From NCBI GenBank assembly GCA_027491915.1, contig JAOZGC010000004.1:64001-128000 (forward strand): a stretch of DNA of 64,000 nt. Reading direction: 5' to 3'. This document shows positions 1 to 9,258 of the stretch, piece by piece (the stretch's first letter is position 1; each line of letters starts with the position of its first letter). Position numbers and translations under genes: made by a program. The notes beneath the pieces were generated by a model. The model had not been told where the DNA came from and ran no database searches. It was given only the letters and a program-made list of their open reading frames with translations. Source of the stretch: Thermoproteota archaeon (GTDB lineage Archaea > Korarchaeota > Korarchaeia > Korarchaeales > Korarchaeaceae).

Positions 1-1
1 C

Positions 2-180
2 GACCTCTTCAGGGCGTCGCCCGACTTCAACGAGAGGGTGGCCTCCTACCAGGTGAGGCACATAGCCTCCAAGGGCTACAGCCCCCCGGGGTGCGAGAGG
101 CTGAGGGAGTGGGGGATATGCCGGGCGGACTGCGGCCTCAGATCTCCCCTCCAGTTCGGAAGGAGGGCGAGAAAGGTTGA
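2..180 (+). CDS. priL: DNA primase large subunit, C-terminal fragment (5' partial)
   Basis: Manual translation DLFRASPDFNERVASYQVRHIASKGYSPPGCERLREWGICRADC..., i.e. the PriL Fe-S domain motifs PDF..YQ..H and Y.PP.C..L....C. TTGA overlap with priS. Confidence 0.85.
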   Translation, partial: PLQGVARLQREGGLLPGEAHSLQGLQPPGVREAEGVGDMPGGLRPQISPPVRKEGEKG

Positions 181-1370
181 GGGCCGTTGAGGAGGCTTTC
201 TCCAGGTACTACCGGAGGCACTCTGCCTCCATCTACGTGCCAGAGGTGGAGAGGCGGGAGATAATGCTGATGTCCTTCGGCGGGGGCGTCCTGAGGCACC
301 TCTCCTTCCGGAGCCAGCAGGCCCTCAGGGACGCGCTCGTGAGGGAGAATCCCATGCACGCCTACCACTCGGTCGCCAGCTACCGCAATCCGGGGAGTCC
401 CGAGATGAGGGAGAAGGGAATCCTGGACGCAGACCTGCTCTTCGACGTGGACGCCGACGAGCTGCCTGATCCGAGGTGCTCCGAGGGCCTCGCCTGGTTT
501 TGCGGGGACTGCGGGGAATCGGGGGAGGGGCCGGCCCCGCCCTCCTGCCCCGGCTGCGGGGGGGCGCCGAAGACGCTGTCCTGGCCCACCGAGGGCTGCC
601 TGGAGGCGGCCAAGGAGCACGCCCTGAGGGTGATCGACGCGGCGCTGGGCGACCTGGGCGCCGAGAGGGTGTCCGTCTCGTTCACGGGTCACAGGGGTTA
701 CCACGTGGCGGTCGGCCTCGGGGGGGAGAAGCCCCTGCTCGGAGGTTTCGAGAGGATGGAGGTCGCCCGGCTCGTGTCGGGGCGGGGGATAGACCCCTCC
801 GAGCTTGTCAGGGTGGAGGGGTCGACGGGCGCGTTGAGGGTCCCGACCGTGGGGGAGGGTGGGTGGAGGGGCAGGTACGCCAGGCTGCTCCGGTCCGTGC
901 TGGAGGGGGATCCCCCCGAGTGGGTGTCCGAGTCGGAGGTCTCCCGCGTCTCCGCGATACCCGGCCTGCGCGCGGCCCTCTCCTCCGGTTACGCGGCGGG
1001 TCCCGTGGGGAAGAAGACCGTTGAATTGCTGAGGAGGATGGTGGTCGAACTCGTCGAGTTCTCCGGGGCCGTTATAGACGAACAGGTCACCGGGGACCCC
1101 CAGAGGATGACCAGGATACCAAACAGCCTGCACGGCAAGACGGGCCTCAGGGCGGTCCCCCTGTCTCCGGACGGGATCAGGTCCTTCAGGCCGCTCAGGG
1201 ACGCCGTGGCCCTGGACGGGGAGGAGGTGACCGTGGAGGTCAGGGTCCCGGTGCCGAGGTTCAGGCTGGGCGGCGAGGGCTTCGGCCCCCTCTCGCCGGG
1301 GGACTCGGTCAGGCTCCCGGCCTACGCCGCCGCCATGATAATTCTGAGGGGGAGGGGTGTGGAGGCTTGA
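177..1370 (+). CDS. priS: DNA primase small (catalytic) subunit
   Basis: DLLFDVDAD, FTGHRGYH, IDEQVTGD..RMTRIPNSLHGKTG motifs. Confidence 0.95.
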   Translation: MRAVEEAFSRYYRRHSASIYVPEVERREIMLMSFGGGVLRHLSFRSQQALRDALVRENPMHAYHSVASYRNPGSPEMREKGILDADLLFDVDADELPDPRCSEGLAWFCGDCGESGEGPAPPSCPGCGGAPKTLSWPTEGCLEAAKEHALRVIDAALGDLGAERVSVSFTGHRGYHVAVGLGGEKPLLGGFERMEVARLVSGRGIDPSELVRVEGSTGALRVPTVGEGGWRGRYARLLRSVLEGDPPEWVSESEVSRVSAIPGLRAALSSGYAAGPVGKKTVELLRRMVVELVEFSGAVIDEQVTGDPQRMTRIPNSLHGKTGLRAVPLSPDGIRSFRPLRDAVALDGEEVTVEVRVPVPRFRLGGEGFGPLSPGDSVRLPAYAAAMIILRGRGVEA

Positions 1371-1957
1371 GGTCCGGGTCAGGATCCGGGGGAGACCGGG
1401 AGGAGGGGGGAGGGGCGGAGGATCACCCCTACACCCGGCTCGTGGAGGCCTGGCTCAGGGAGCTCTCCAGCGGGGAGATTCAGCCGCTGCCCGACTCCTT
1501 CTGGGAGGACCTCGAATCCTGGTTCTCCGACCTGAGGTCGGAGGTCGAGTCGGGCGGCCCCCTATCCCGCCTGGCGGCCGAGGCCCTGGAGATCTGCGGG
1601 GAGGTGGCCGAGAGGCTGAGGTTCCTGAGGTCCCTCAAGGAGGCCGCCGGCCGAGGCGAGATTCCCGCGGCCTCCGCGTCCCCGGGGGCCGCCGGGCGGG
1701 AACCGTCGGAGGGAGTCGGCGGGGGTCGGACCCCGGCCCCGGAGGCCGCGCCCCCCGGGCCGGCGGTCCCGCCGCGGGTCGGGGGATCGGTCCTAGTAAT
1801 CTTTAAAACGGCCGTTCCGAAGTTCGTCGGGCGCGACCTCAACGTGTACGGTCCGTTCAGGGAGGGGGATCTGGCGCTCCTTCCGAGGGAGGACGCGGAG
1901 ACCCTCTCCTCGGGCGGGGCGGCGGAGGTGATCGAGGGAGATGAAGGTTCCGGCTAG
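1367..1957 (+). CDS. GINS complex subunit (Gins15/Gins51-type)
   Basis: N-terminal helical A domain (ELSSGEIQPLPDSF) and C-terminal B domain VPKFVGRDLNVYGPFREGDLALLP; conserved position after priS. Confidence 0.85.
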   Translation: MRSGSGSGGDREEGGGAEDHPYTRLVEAWLRELSSGEIQPLPDSFWEDLESWFSDLRSEVESGGPLSRLAAEALEICGEVAERLRFLRSLKEAAGRGEIPAASASPGAAGREPSEGVGGGRTPAPEAAPPGPAVPPRVGGSVLVIFKTAVPKFVGRDLNVYGPFREGDLALLPREDAETLSSGGAAEVIEGDEGSG

Positions 1958-2219
1958 GATCAACACGTACTGCCCGAGGTGCGGGCGCCACACCGAGCAC
2001 AAGGTCTCCCTGTACAAGGCGGGGAGGCCCAGGGAGGACTCCTGGGGTCAGAGGCAGCTCGCCAGGAAGAGGAGAGGTTACGGCGGGGAGCCGAGGGGCA
2101 AGCTCAGGAGGAAGGCCAAGGTCACGAAGAAGGCCGTGATAATCCTCACCTGCGTCGAGTGCGGGAGGAAGGTCTCCAGGAACCTCGGCAGGCTCAGCAG
2201 GGTGGAGGTGATCAGGTGA
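1941..2219 (+). CDS. rpl44e: 50S ribosomal protein L44e
   Basis: [31 protein letters not shown]. Confidence 0.97.
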   Translation: MKVPARINTYCPRCGRHTEHKVSLYKAGRPREDSWGQRQLARKRRGYGGEPRGKLRRKAKVTKKAVIILTCVECGRKVSRNLGRLSRVEVIR

Positions 2220-2455
2220 GCGCCGAGAGGCCGAGGAAGAGGTTGATACCCCTCCCCAAGTCCTACTTCATCAGGGTGAGGTGCGCCAGCTGCGGGAACG
2301 AGCAGGTGATCTTCTCCCACGCCTCCAGGGTGGTCAGGTGCCACATATGCGACGAGGTCCTGGCGGAGCCCACGGGTGGGAGGGCCAGGCTGACCGACAG
2401 GGCCGCGGTCATGGCCGTCTACGGGAGGTTCGCCGAGCGGGAGGGGGCGGTCTGA
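2216..2455 (+). CDS. rps27e: 30S ribosomal protein S27e
   Basis: [40 protein letters not shown]; GTG start overlapping rpl44e stop (GTGA). Confidence 0.95.
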   Translation: MSAERPRKRLIPLPKSYFIRVRCASCGNEQVIFSHASRVVRCHICDEVLAEPTGGRARLTDRAAVMAVYGRFAEREGAV

Positions 2456-2456
2456 C

Positions 2457-3263
2457 TTGCCCAGGGACTTCCCGCGGCGGAACGACCTGGTGGTGGCCAC
2501 CGTCCTCAGGGTCGAGGAGCACGGGGTCGTCGTCTCCCTGGACGAGTACAGGGGGCTGCAGGGGTACATCCCCCGCGGGCACGTGGCCTCCGGGCGGATA
2601 AAGGACATCAGGGACTTCGTCCGGGAGGGAGACAGGGTAGTCGGCCGGGTCATAAGGGCCGACAGGTCCAAGGGACACGTGGACCTCTCCCTCAGGTACG
2701 TCAGCAGGGAGCAGGCTCGCAGGAAGCTCGAGGAGTGGAAGGAGAGGTCCAGAATAGTATCCCTGCTCAGGGTGGCCGCCTCTAGGGCCGGGAGCCCCGA
2801 CCCCGAGGGGGACGCCGTCAGGGCCTGGGAGACCCTGGAGGAGGCGGCCGGCGACGTGGTGGGGATCCTGGAGGAGGCCGCGGAGGAGGGGGCCGGCGTC
2901 CTGACGGACGCGGGGCTCCCGCCGAAGGTGGCCGAGGAGCTGCTGGCCCTGGTCAGGGAGCACTTCAAGCCGCCCCTCTACGAGAACCAGGTCCTGCTCA
3001 GGCTCTTCGTCCCGACCTCCGACGGGATCGAGGCCATAAGGTCGGCCCTCGGCGGCGCCGAGAGGTACAACTCGGACAAGGTCAGGGTTGAGGCCTTCTC
3101 CGCCGGGGCCCCCAGGTACGTGCTCAAGGTGTACAGCACGGACCCGACCTCGGTCAAGAGGACCACCACCCTGGCGGTCAAGAGGGTGCTGGAGGAGGTC
3201 AGGAGGGCGGGGGGGGTCGGGGAGGTGGTGGGCCAACGGGAGTCCAAGAGGAGGGCCGCCTGA
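2457..3263 (+). CDS. eif2a: Translation initiation factor aIF2 alpha subunit
   Basis: N-terminal S1 domain (LDEY.GLQGYIP, KGHVDLSL), GAPRY motif, canonical operon context. Confidence 0.95.
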   Translation: MPRDFPRRNDLVVATVLRVEEHGVVVSLDEYRGLQGYIPRGHVASGRIKDIRDFVREGDRVVGRVIRADRSKGHVDLSLRYVSREQARRKLEEWKERSRIVSLLRVAASRAGSPDPEGDAVRAWETLEEAAGDVVGILEEAAEEGAGVLTDAGLPPKVAEELLALVREHFKPPLYENQVLLRLFVPTSDGIEAIRSALGGAERYNSDKVRVEAFSAGAPRYVLKVYSTDPTSVKRTTTLAVKRVLEEVRRAGGVGEVVGQRESKRRAA

Positions 3264-3304
3264 CCGGGACCGAGAGGCCCTCCGGCCGATCCGGGGTCCC
3301 CAAG

Positions 3305-3436
3305 ATGCTCAGGTGCCCCCGCTGCTGGACCTACACCTTCTCCGAAATCTGCCCGAACTGCGGGGCCGAGACGGCCGACCCGGCCCCACCGGACTTCAAC
3401 CCCAGGGCGCCGGCCGACCCGGGTCGGCGGGGGTGA
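3305..3436 (+). CDS. nop10: H/ACA RNP protein Nop10 (short; not in ORF track)
   Basis: Manual translation MLRCPRCWTYTFSEICPNCGAETADPAPPDFNPRAPADPGRRG; Zn ribbon plus PP.F.P motif; canonical position after eif2a. Confidence 0.85.
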   Translation: MLRCPRCWTYTFSEICPNCGAETADPAPPDFNPRAPADPGRRG

Positions 3437-3456
3437 GGTCGTCCCCCCGCAGGGAG

Positions 3457-3529
3457 AGCCCCGGGCGGGACTCGAACCCGCGGCCTGCGGATTACAAGTC
3501 CGCCGCTCCGCCTGCTGAGCTACCGGGGC
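3457..3529 (-). tRNA. tRNA-Thr(TGT)
   Basis: Cloverleaf GCCCCGGTAGCTCAG...GCGGA-CTTGTAA-TCCGC...GGTTCGAGTCC..CCGGGGCT; no encoded CCA. Confidence 0.95.
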
Positions 3530-3641
3530 GCGGCGCCGGGCGCCGACCCGCTTATGAAGTTTCCCCGGGGCCCGCGGCTTCGGCGCAGGTCGAAGGCGGC
3601 GCCGGCCGACGACTAGGTCCAAGACTTTGATCCCACCTCTA

Positions 3642-3759
3642 AACGTTCTGAGACGTTCTAACGCCGATAGAAACGATCGCTTTTGAAAGAGGGGAATATC
3701 CAGAATTATCGGGCCCTCATACAACGTTCTGAAACGATTTCAATGGCAACGCATAAATA
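3642..3759 (+). promoter_or_regulatory. S-layer gene promoter region with repeated operator-like motif and TATA-like box
   Basis: AACGTTCTGAGACG (3642-3655) and AACGTTCTGAAACG (3723-3736); CATAAATA at 3752-3759. Confidence 0.5.
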
Positions 3760-3827
3760 CGTCCGGGCGGGCTGCCGCGAAGCCCCTTAGCCCGGCCCGA
3801 GCCGGGCGCGAGGGGGAGTGTGAAAGC

Positions 3828-6494
3828 ATGAACTGGAGAAAGGCAGCTCTGGCTGCGGCCCTGCTGGCCGTGATGGGTCTCACGACCGTCCCGGCCGCGG
3901 CTCAGCCCAGACTGAAGGACTTCCCGGCTCCATTCGTCCAGAACGGCGCCATAGACTACAACGGAGACGGCGTTCCCGACATCGCCATAATACTGGGATC
4001 CAACGCGGCCGCCGAGGACGTCAGGGGCGCAGCCCTCATAGGGACCAAGATAGGCTCCCACCTCTACTACACCAAGGCGCCCAACTTCGGGGCGTTCAGG
4101 ATACCCGAGCTGACCGCCGACGCCTACCACTACGCCTTCACCAGGTTCCACTTCGTCAACGGGAGCGCCCAGGAGAGGCACGGCTTCTACTTCGTCAGCG
4201 GCGCCGGGGTGACCTTCCCGCCGTTCAGCTCCATCAACCCGGCGGGAGACAGGGGCCTCGTGATGTACCACCTGGCGTACGCCATGGAGGACATGGCGAC
4301 CCACGACATAGTGCCCGACTACCTCTTCGTCCCCAGGGACAACACCAACTTCACCGTGACCTCGACCATAGCCCCGTGCCCCGCCTGCCCCATGTTCACC
4401 CAGACCACCAGGTGCGTCTACCCCAACATAACCTACAGCGCGGCCGCCATACTGACCGACAACCAGAGGGACCAGCTCACCGGCGGGTCCGGGGCCGTCC
4501 TCTTCGCCGGACTCAGGCCCACCGGGACCGTCTGGTTCATCGACTACAGGGCCTCGGACAACACCACTGCAGACGCCGTGGTGTTCTGGAACGGCACCGT
4601 CAGAACTCAGGTGGCCGCGGGTAACCGTTACTACATAAACGCCACCGACTGGTGGCTCCAGGACAACGGCGTGACCGCCCCCGACAACCGCATGGTCTAC
4701 TACCCGAACGCCTCCGGCTTCGCCATGATCTACCAGACCACCCCGGTCCACACCGCCATCCTCAATGAGGGACAGGAGTACTACATACCGTTCCTGGGCT
4801 ACACCTTCTACGTCGAGGACGTGAACCTGGACAACACCACCATCATAGTGAGGGACTCCAGCGGCTCCGCCGTGACCATAATGACCCTGATATACACCGC
4901 GCTGGCCAGCGGGACCGACCCGGTGGTGGACAAGCTCTTCATATCCTACAGGGACCTCGGCGGCATGAGGATACTGGACCCCGAGGGCAACAACATGACC
5001 TTCTTCATATACGTCTACAGGGTCGACAACATAAACCAGCGCTGGATAGAGGTCGGCATAAGCAGCCCCTGGATCGACAAGGACGTCTTCATCGATAACG
5101 ACACCACCGGAATGGCCGAGTCCTGGCCCAGGGAGTGGAACCTCACCCCGACCTGGGCTCCCGGGTTCCTCAACTGGACCATCCACTACGAGGACGGCGA
5201 CCCGTACTTCATAGGCAACATAACCCTGGCCGACGTGAACGCCGCCGGCGCCATAGGGGCCAAGTTCAGGTCGGTGGTCTCCGTCAAGGCCGACCCGTGG
5301 AACACGCTGCCCTACAGTCCCATATACGGCATAGTCAGCTACGGGTCCATCTGGAACTGGTCCGCATCGGCGTGGTACGACGGACCGTTCTGGTACGTGA
5401 TCTACGACAACGGCACCTGGCCCTACGGCCAGACCAAGACCTTCGGGTCCAACGAGTTCATACTGACCGCCATAGTCAACAACTCCAGCGCCCCGCTCGG
5501 CTGCTCCATGCCGGCCTGCAACTCCACCGGGTTCGGCGTCTACCTCTACGAGGCGGGCGAGCAGAACCTCACCGAGGGCTTCTGCAACCTCACCGGCAGC
5601 CTGTTCTTCCTCGGTAGGCGTCCCCCTGCCCCCGGCGCACCCAACCTCTCCCAGGACTTGATTGAGTGGTTCTGGTTCCTGCCTGGCGCCAACCCGGCTC
5701 CGTTCCACTACGAGACCTGGGACATATTCCCGATCAACGTGACCGGCGTCTTCGCCGGCGCCTACGACAGGTTCGAGAACGTCACCGGCAACTGGACCGG
5801 CACCATAGTGCTCGACGCCTACAACAGGGACGTCACCCCCGCCGACGAGAAGGACCAGCTCTTCGAGCTGGAGGACGTCTTCAGCTTCGTCAAGGCCCCG
5901 CTGGTCTTCATGGACTACCAGTTCCTCATGCCCAACGGCTCCGTCAACGAGGACCTGGCCGACAAGAACCTCATCGTGGTGGGCGGTCCGGTGGCCAACA
6001 CCGTGGCCGACTTCCTCAACGACAGCGGCCTCCTGTGGGTCGAGTACGTCGGTGACAGGCTCTTCGACACCAGGTTCAGGCACGACGGCACCGTCGAGGA
6101 GCTCGGCTACGTCGACCTCGCGGCCGTCAGGCTCTGGACCGGCGGCGCGACCGTCGGGTTCATCGGCGGCCTCGGCGTGGTCCAGTACGCCAAGGACGAC
6201 CCGTGGGGCGGCGACAACACCATCCTCGTGGTGGCCGGCAACAACAGGTGGGGAACCTACGCCGCCGCGGTGGCCATCTCCGACCCGACCAAGATAATCA
6301 GGGACGGATACAGCCCGGCCGTGTTCTACCTGGCCGGCACCGACGAGAGCGAGCACCCGCCGTTCGTCATAGTGGCCGCCATCGTCCCTGGAGTCGCTCC
6401 GCCCGCCGCGTGGGTGCCGCCCACCGAGCGCGGAGTGATCCAGATCGAGTGGCCCACCGGCATCGTCAACGAGCCCGTGGAGCTCGGGGGCTGA
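3828..6494 (+). CDS. Major S-layer glycoprotein (S_layer_N/S_layer_C type)
   Basis: Signal peptide; LKDFPAPFV..IILGSNAAAEDV N-domain; DKNLIVVGGPVAN and LVVAG.NRWGT C-domain; many N-x-S/T sequons; strongly C-ending codon bias. Confidence 0.88.
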   Translation: MNWRKAALAAALLAVMGLTTVPAAAQPRLKDFPAPFVQNGAIDYNGDGVPDIAIILGSNAAAEDVRGAALIGTKIGSHLYYTKAPNFGAFRIPELTADAYHYAFTRFHFVNGSAQERHGFYFVSGAGVTFPPFSSINPAGDRGLVMYHLAYAMEDMATHDIVPDYLFVPRDNTNFTVTSTIAPCPACPMFTQTTRCVYPNITYSAAAILTDNQRDQLTGGSGAVLFAGLRPTGTVWFIDYRASDNTTADAVVFWNGTVRTQVAAGNRYYINATDWWLQDNGVTAPDNRMVYYPNASGFAMIYQTTPVHTAILNEGQEYYIPFLGYTFYVEDVNLDNTTIIVRDSSGSAVTIMTLIYTALASGTDPVVDKLFISYRDLGGMRILDPEGNNMTFFIYVYRVDNINQRWIEVGISSPWIDKDVFIDNDTTGMAESWPREWNLTPTWAPGFLNWTIHYEDGDPYFIGNITLADVNAAGAIGAKFRSVVSVKADPWNTLPYSPIYGIVSYGSIWNWSASAWYDGPFWYVIYDNGTWPYGQTKTFGSNEFILTAIVNNSSAPLGCSMPACNSTGFGVYLYEAGEQNLTEGFCNLTGSLFFLGRRPPAPGAPNLSQDLIEWFWFLPGANPAPFHYETWDIFPINVTGVFAGAYDRFENVTGNWTGTIVLDAYNRDVTPADEKDQLFELEDVFSFVKAPLVFMDYQFLMPNGSVNEDLADKNLIVVGGPVANTVADFLNDSGLLWVEYVGDRLFDTRFRHDGTVEELGYVDLAAVRLWTGGATVGFIGGLGVVQYAKDDPWGGDNTILVVAGNNRWGTYAAAVAISDPTKIIRDGYSPAVFYLAGTDESEHPPFVIVAAIVPGVAPPAAWVPPTERGVIQIEWPTGIVNEPVELGG

Positions 6495-6497
6495 GAG

Positions 6498-6523
6498 GCC
6501 CCCAACCCCCCTCTTTTTTCTTC
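6498..6523 (+). terminator. Pyrimidine/oligo-T archaeal terminator of S-layer gene
   Basis: CCCCCTCTTTTTTCTTC directly after stop. Confidence 0.6.
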
Positions 6524-6756
6524 CTGACGGATCCTATTCTCTCTGACCCTTCCGGGGGACGAAGATCGCGGGCCGAAGGTCGCCTCTCGAGAATTCCTCT
6601 CGCCTTCTCCTTTTATCTCATCCCCTCGGGAGATCCGGCCGAACCTCTCCGGTTCCCGACCTGGAGGGGCCGCCCTCCGTCGGGAGTGGGCCGCGCCTCC
6701 CGTGTCCCCCGTAGTCCATTTTTAAGTCCCACCCGGACGGCCCGCCCGGTAGGCTC

Positions 6757-9237
6757 ATGGGGAGAAGGAAGAAGGGGTGGACCGCCAGGGTCGCGGCCGC
6801 GTCCCTCGCGATCCTGGCCGCGGCTTCCCTGGCCGGGTCTCGGACCTCGGCGGACGTGACCGAGGCCCAGATACTGGACTCTATCGCCAGGTTCAGCGCG
6901 TTCGTCACGGACGAGATCCCGGAGGCCCAGACCGTCGGCGGCGACTACACCTACGTCTTCGTGGGCGGGGTCCTCTACGTCAACGTCGGGTACTCCGGCT
7001 GGGAGCCCCACCTGGTGGCCAACTCCCTGGCCCTCGAGTCCCTGAGCTTCCTCCTCAAGAACGCCGATCTCCTGGGGATGGGGGGCGACTCCGAGAGGCT
7101 GGGCAAGGCCAGGAGGATAGCCGAGTCCATATGCGAGTTCCTGCTCAGGCAGTCCTCCGACAGGCTGTCGGGATCCCTGTGGGCGGGGCTCAGCGGCAGG
7201 TTCGTCGACATGACCGCCTCCTACTACGCGCTGAGGGGGCTTATGGAGGCCGCCGAGGCGGGAGTCATCTCGACCTCCGACCAGGACCTCAGGGCCGTGG
7301 TCGCGTCCCTGGTGGCCCTGCAGAACACCGACGGCGGCTACGGCATAAGCCCCGGCCACTCCCAGAGGGACCTGTCGGAGTCGAACCTGCTCACCACCTC
7401 CATGGCCCTCGACGTGCTCGTCAGGGCCAAGAGGCTGGGGTTCGGCTCCACGGTGGGCGGCCTGGACGGGGCCATAGAGAGGGCCGTCGCCTACCTCCAG
7501 GGTTCCTCGGTCAGGCAGGGGGACCAGGTCAAGTGGGAGGGTTTCAAGTTTCAGGGATACCCCCTCTCCGACGAGGAGGTCACCGTTAGGGTGGCCGGGA
7601 CCCTGGCCAGGGCCGACCTGGACGGCGTGCCCGTGGACGAGGACGTGCTGGCCGGGGCGGCCGGGTACATAACCAACTACGCCTCGCTCAACCCGAGGTG
7701 GGACGAGGCGCCGGACGTGCTCCACTCCCTCCTGCTGATGAGCAGCCTGGGGCTCGTGGAGACCCGCGTGGTCAAGGGACTGGCCCTCCAGGGGGCCAAC
7801 ATAGAGACCCTGCTGAACAACCAGTACGAGGACGGGCTGTGGTACCCCCCCGGAGGGCCGGGGGACCCCATATCCGGGCTCGACTTCTCGACCAAGGTGG
7901 CCTCCTTCCTGCTGGACTGGGCGAAGATAGTCTCGCTGGACGTCACCCTCTCCGCCTCCGGCAGGGGGTACTTCGGAGACTCGGATCCCCCGAGGCTGGT
8001 CGAGTCGGGCGTCGTGGGGATCACGATCTCCGTGGCCAACTCCGGCACGTCCAACCGGCTGATCTCGGTCTCCCACGACTCCCCCCCTGGTCTGGACGTC
8101 GTCAACGAGACCCAGGGCCCGATATCCGTGCCCCCCGGGGGGGAGGGCAGGTACACCCTGACCTTCAGGGCCCCCGAGGTCGTCTCGGAGCCCACCACCC
8201 TGGTCATGACCTTCTCCCTGCGGGACGCCTCCTCCGGGGATCCCCTGTACACCAGGAGGGTGACCCTGGAGATTGTGAGGGACGCCCGGCTGAAGATAAT
8301 ATCGAAGACGGCCTCTCCCCAGAGGGTGAGGCTGGGGGGGACCGTCACGGTCAGCGTGACCGTGAAGAACGTGGGGGACGTGCCCGCCCAGGGCTGCACC
8401 ATATGGGAGGACCTGGCCGACGGGTTCGTCCTGACCCAGGCCGGCAACTACTCCGAGGTGGCCGCCGCCTCGACCACCGGCTACCCGTACCTCTCCTTCA
8501 TACCGGCCGGCAGGCAGATCGAGTACACGTACACCCTCAGGGCCGAGAGGGCCGGGCCCGGCGAGGTGAGCCTCTCCACCACGAAGATATCCTACTCCAA
8601 CTCACTGGGCGACATCCTGAACGCCACGAAGGAGGTCTTCGTCACCGTGGAGAGGCCCCTGGTCGAGACGACCCTGAACGCCAGCGAGGTCGAGCTGGAG
8701 TGGGGTCAGGGGGCGGCCGTCAGGGTGGACGTGACCAACGAGGGGAACGCCGCCAGCGGGGGGGTCAGTCTCAGGGTGAAGTTCGGCGGAGACCTCGACC
8801 TCGAGGTGGCCGGGGAGAACGTCTCCATCAGCAGGCCGTCGGAGAACGAGTACTACCTGGACCTGGGCGGGTTGGATCCTAACGAGACGAGGAGCGTCGT
8901 CTTGAAGATCTCGACCAGCGCCATCTACCTGAACCTAGGCTCCGAGACCCGAATAGACGTGATCACCACCTACCTCGACCCGGACGGGAGGGTGTTCCAG
9001 GGCTTCGAGGACAGCGACTCCGCCGACGTGATCCTCCTGATGTCCACCTCGGTTAAGGTCGCCGCGGGGATAGTCTCCGGCCTGATCGCCCTGCTGGCCG
9101 CCGTGAGGCTGTCGGCCTACAGGAGGCGCAAGAAGAGGGAGGCCCGGTACAGATACAGGGCCTACAGGCCATCGTCCCGCGCCAGGAGGACCGGTAGGTC
9201 GGCTCGCGGTATCAGGAGCAGGAGGGGGGAGAAGTAA
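6757..9237 (+). CDS. Membrane-anchored surface protein: alpha/alpha-barrel (prenyltransferase/squalene-cyclase-like repeats) plus DUF11/CARDB Ig-like domains
   Basis: Signal peptide; LVALQNTDGGYG, AIERAVAYL, LLNNQYEDGLW repeats; VTVTVKNVGDVPA-type Ig domains; C-terminal TM helix and basic tail. Confidence 0.75.
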   Translation: MGRRKKGWTARVAAASLAILAAASLAGSRTSADVTEAQILDSIARFSAFVTDEIPEAQTVGGDYTYVFVGGVLYVNVGYSGWEPHLVANSLALESLSFLLKNADLLGMGGDSERLGKARRIAESICEFLLRQSSDRLSGSLWAGLSGRFVDMTASYYALRGLMEAAEAGVISTSDQDLRAVVASLVALQNTDGGYGISPGHSQRDLSESNLLTTSMALDVLVRAKRLGFGSTVGGLDGAIERAVAYLQGSSVRQGDQVKWEGFKFQGYPLSDEEVTVRVAGTLARADLDGVPVDEDVLAGAAGYITNYASLNPRWDEAPDVLHSLLLMSSLGLVETRVVKGLALQGANIETLLNNQYEDGLWYPPGGPGDPISGLDFSTKVASFLLDWAKIVSLDVTLSASGRGYFGDSDPPRLVESGVVGITISVANSGTSNRLISVSHDSPPGLDVVNETQGPISVPPGGEGRYTLTFRAPEVVSEPTTLVMTFSLRDASSGDPLYTRRVTLEIVRDARLKIISKTASPQRVRLGGTVTVSVTVKNVGDVPAQGCTIWEDLADGFVLTQAGNYSEVAAASTTGYPYLSFIPAGRQIEYTYTLRAERAGPGEVSLSTTKISYSNSLGDILNATKEVFVTVERPLVETTLNASEVELEWGQGAAVRVDVTNEGNAASGGVSLRVKFGGDLDLEVAGENVSISRPSENEYYLDLGGLDPNETRSVVLKISTSAIYLNLGSETRIDVITTYLDPDGRVFQGFEDSDSADVILLMSTSVKVAAGIVSGLIALLAAVRLSAYRRRKKREARYRYRAYRPSSRARRTGRSARGIRSRRGEK

Positions 9238-9258
9238 TTGTGAGAGGGGGGCGATTCC

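Noticed and set aside
6985-7020. YSGWEPH as an alpha-2-macroglobulin thioester motif
   Set aside because: It lacks the Cys and Gln of CGEQ.
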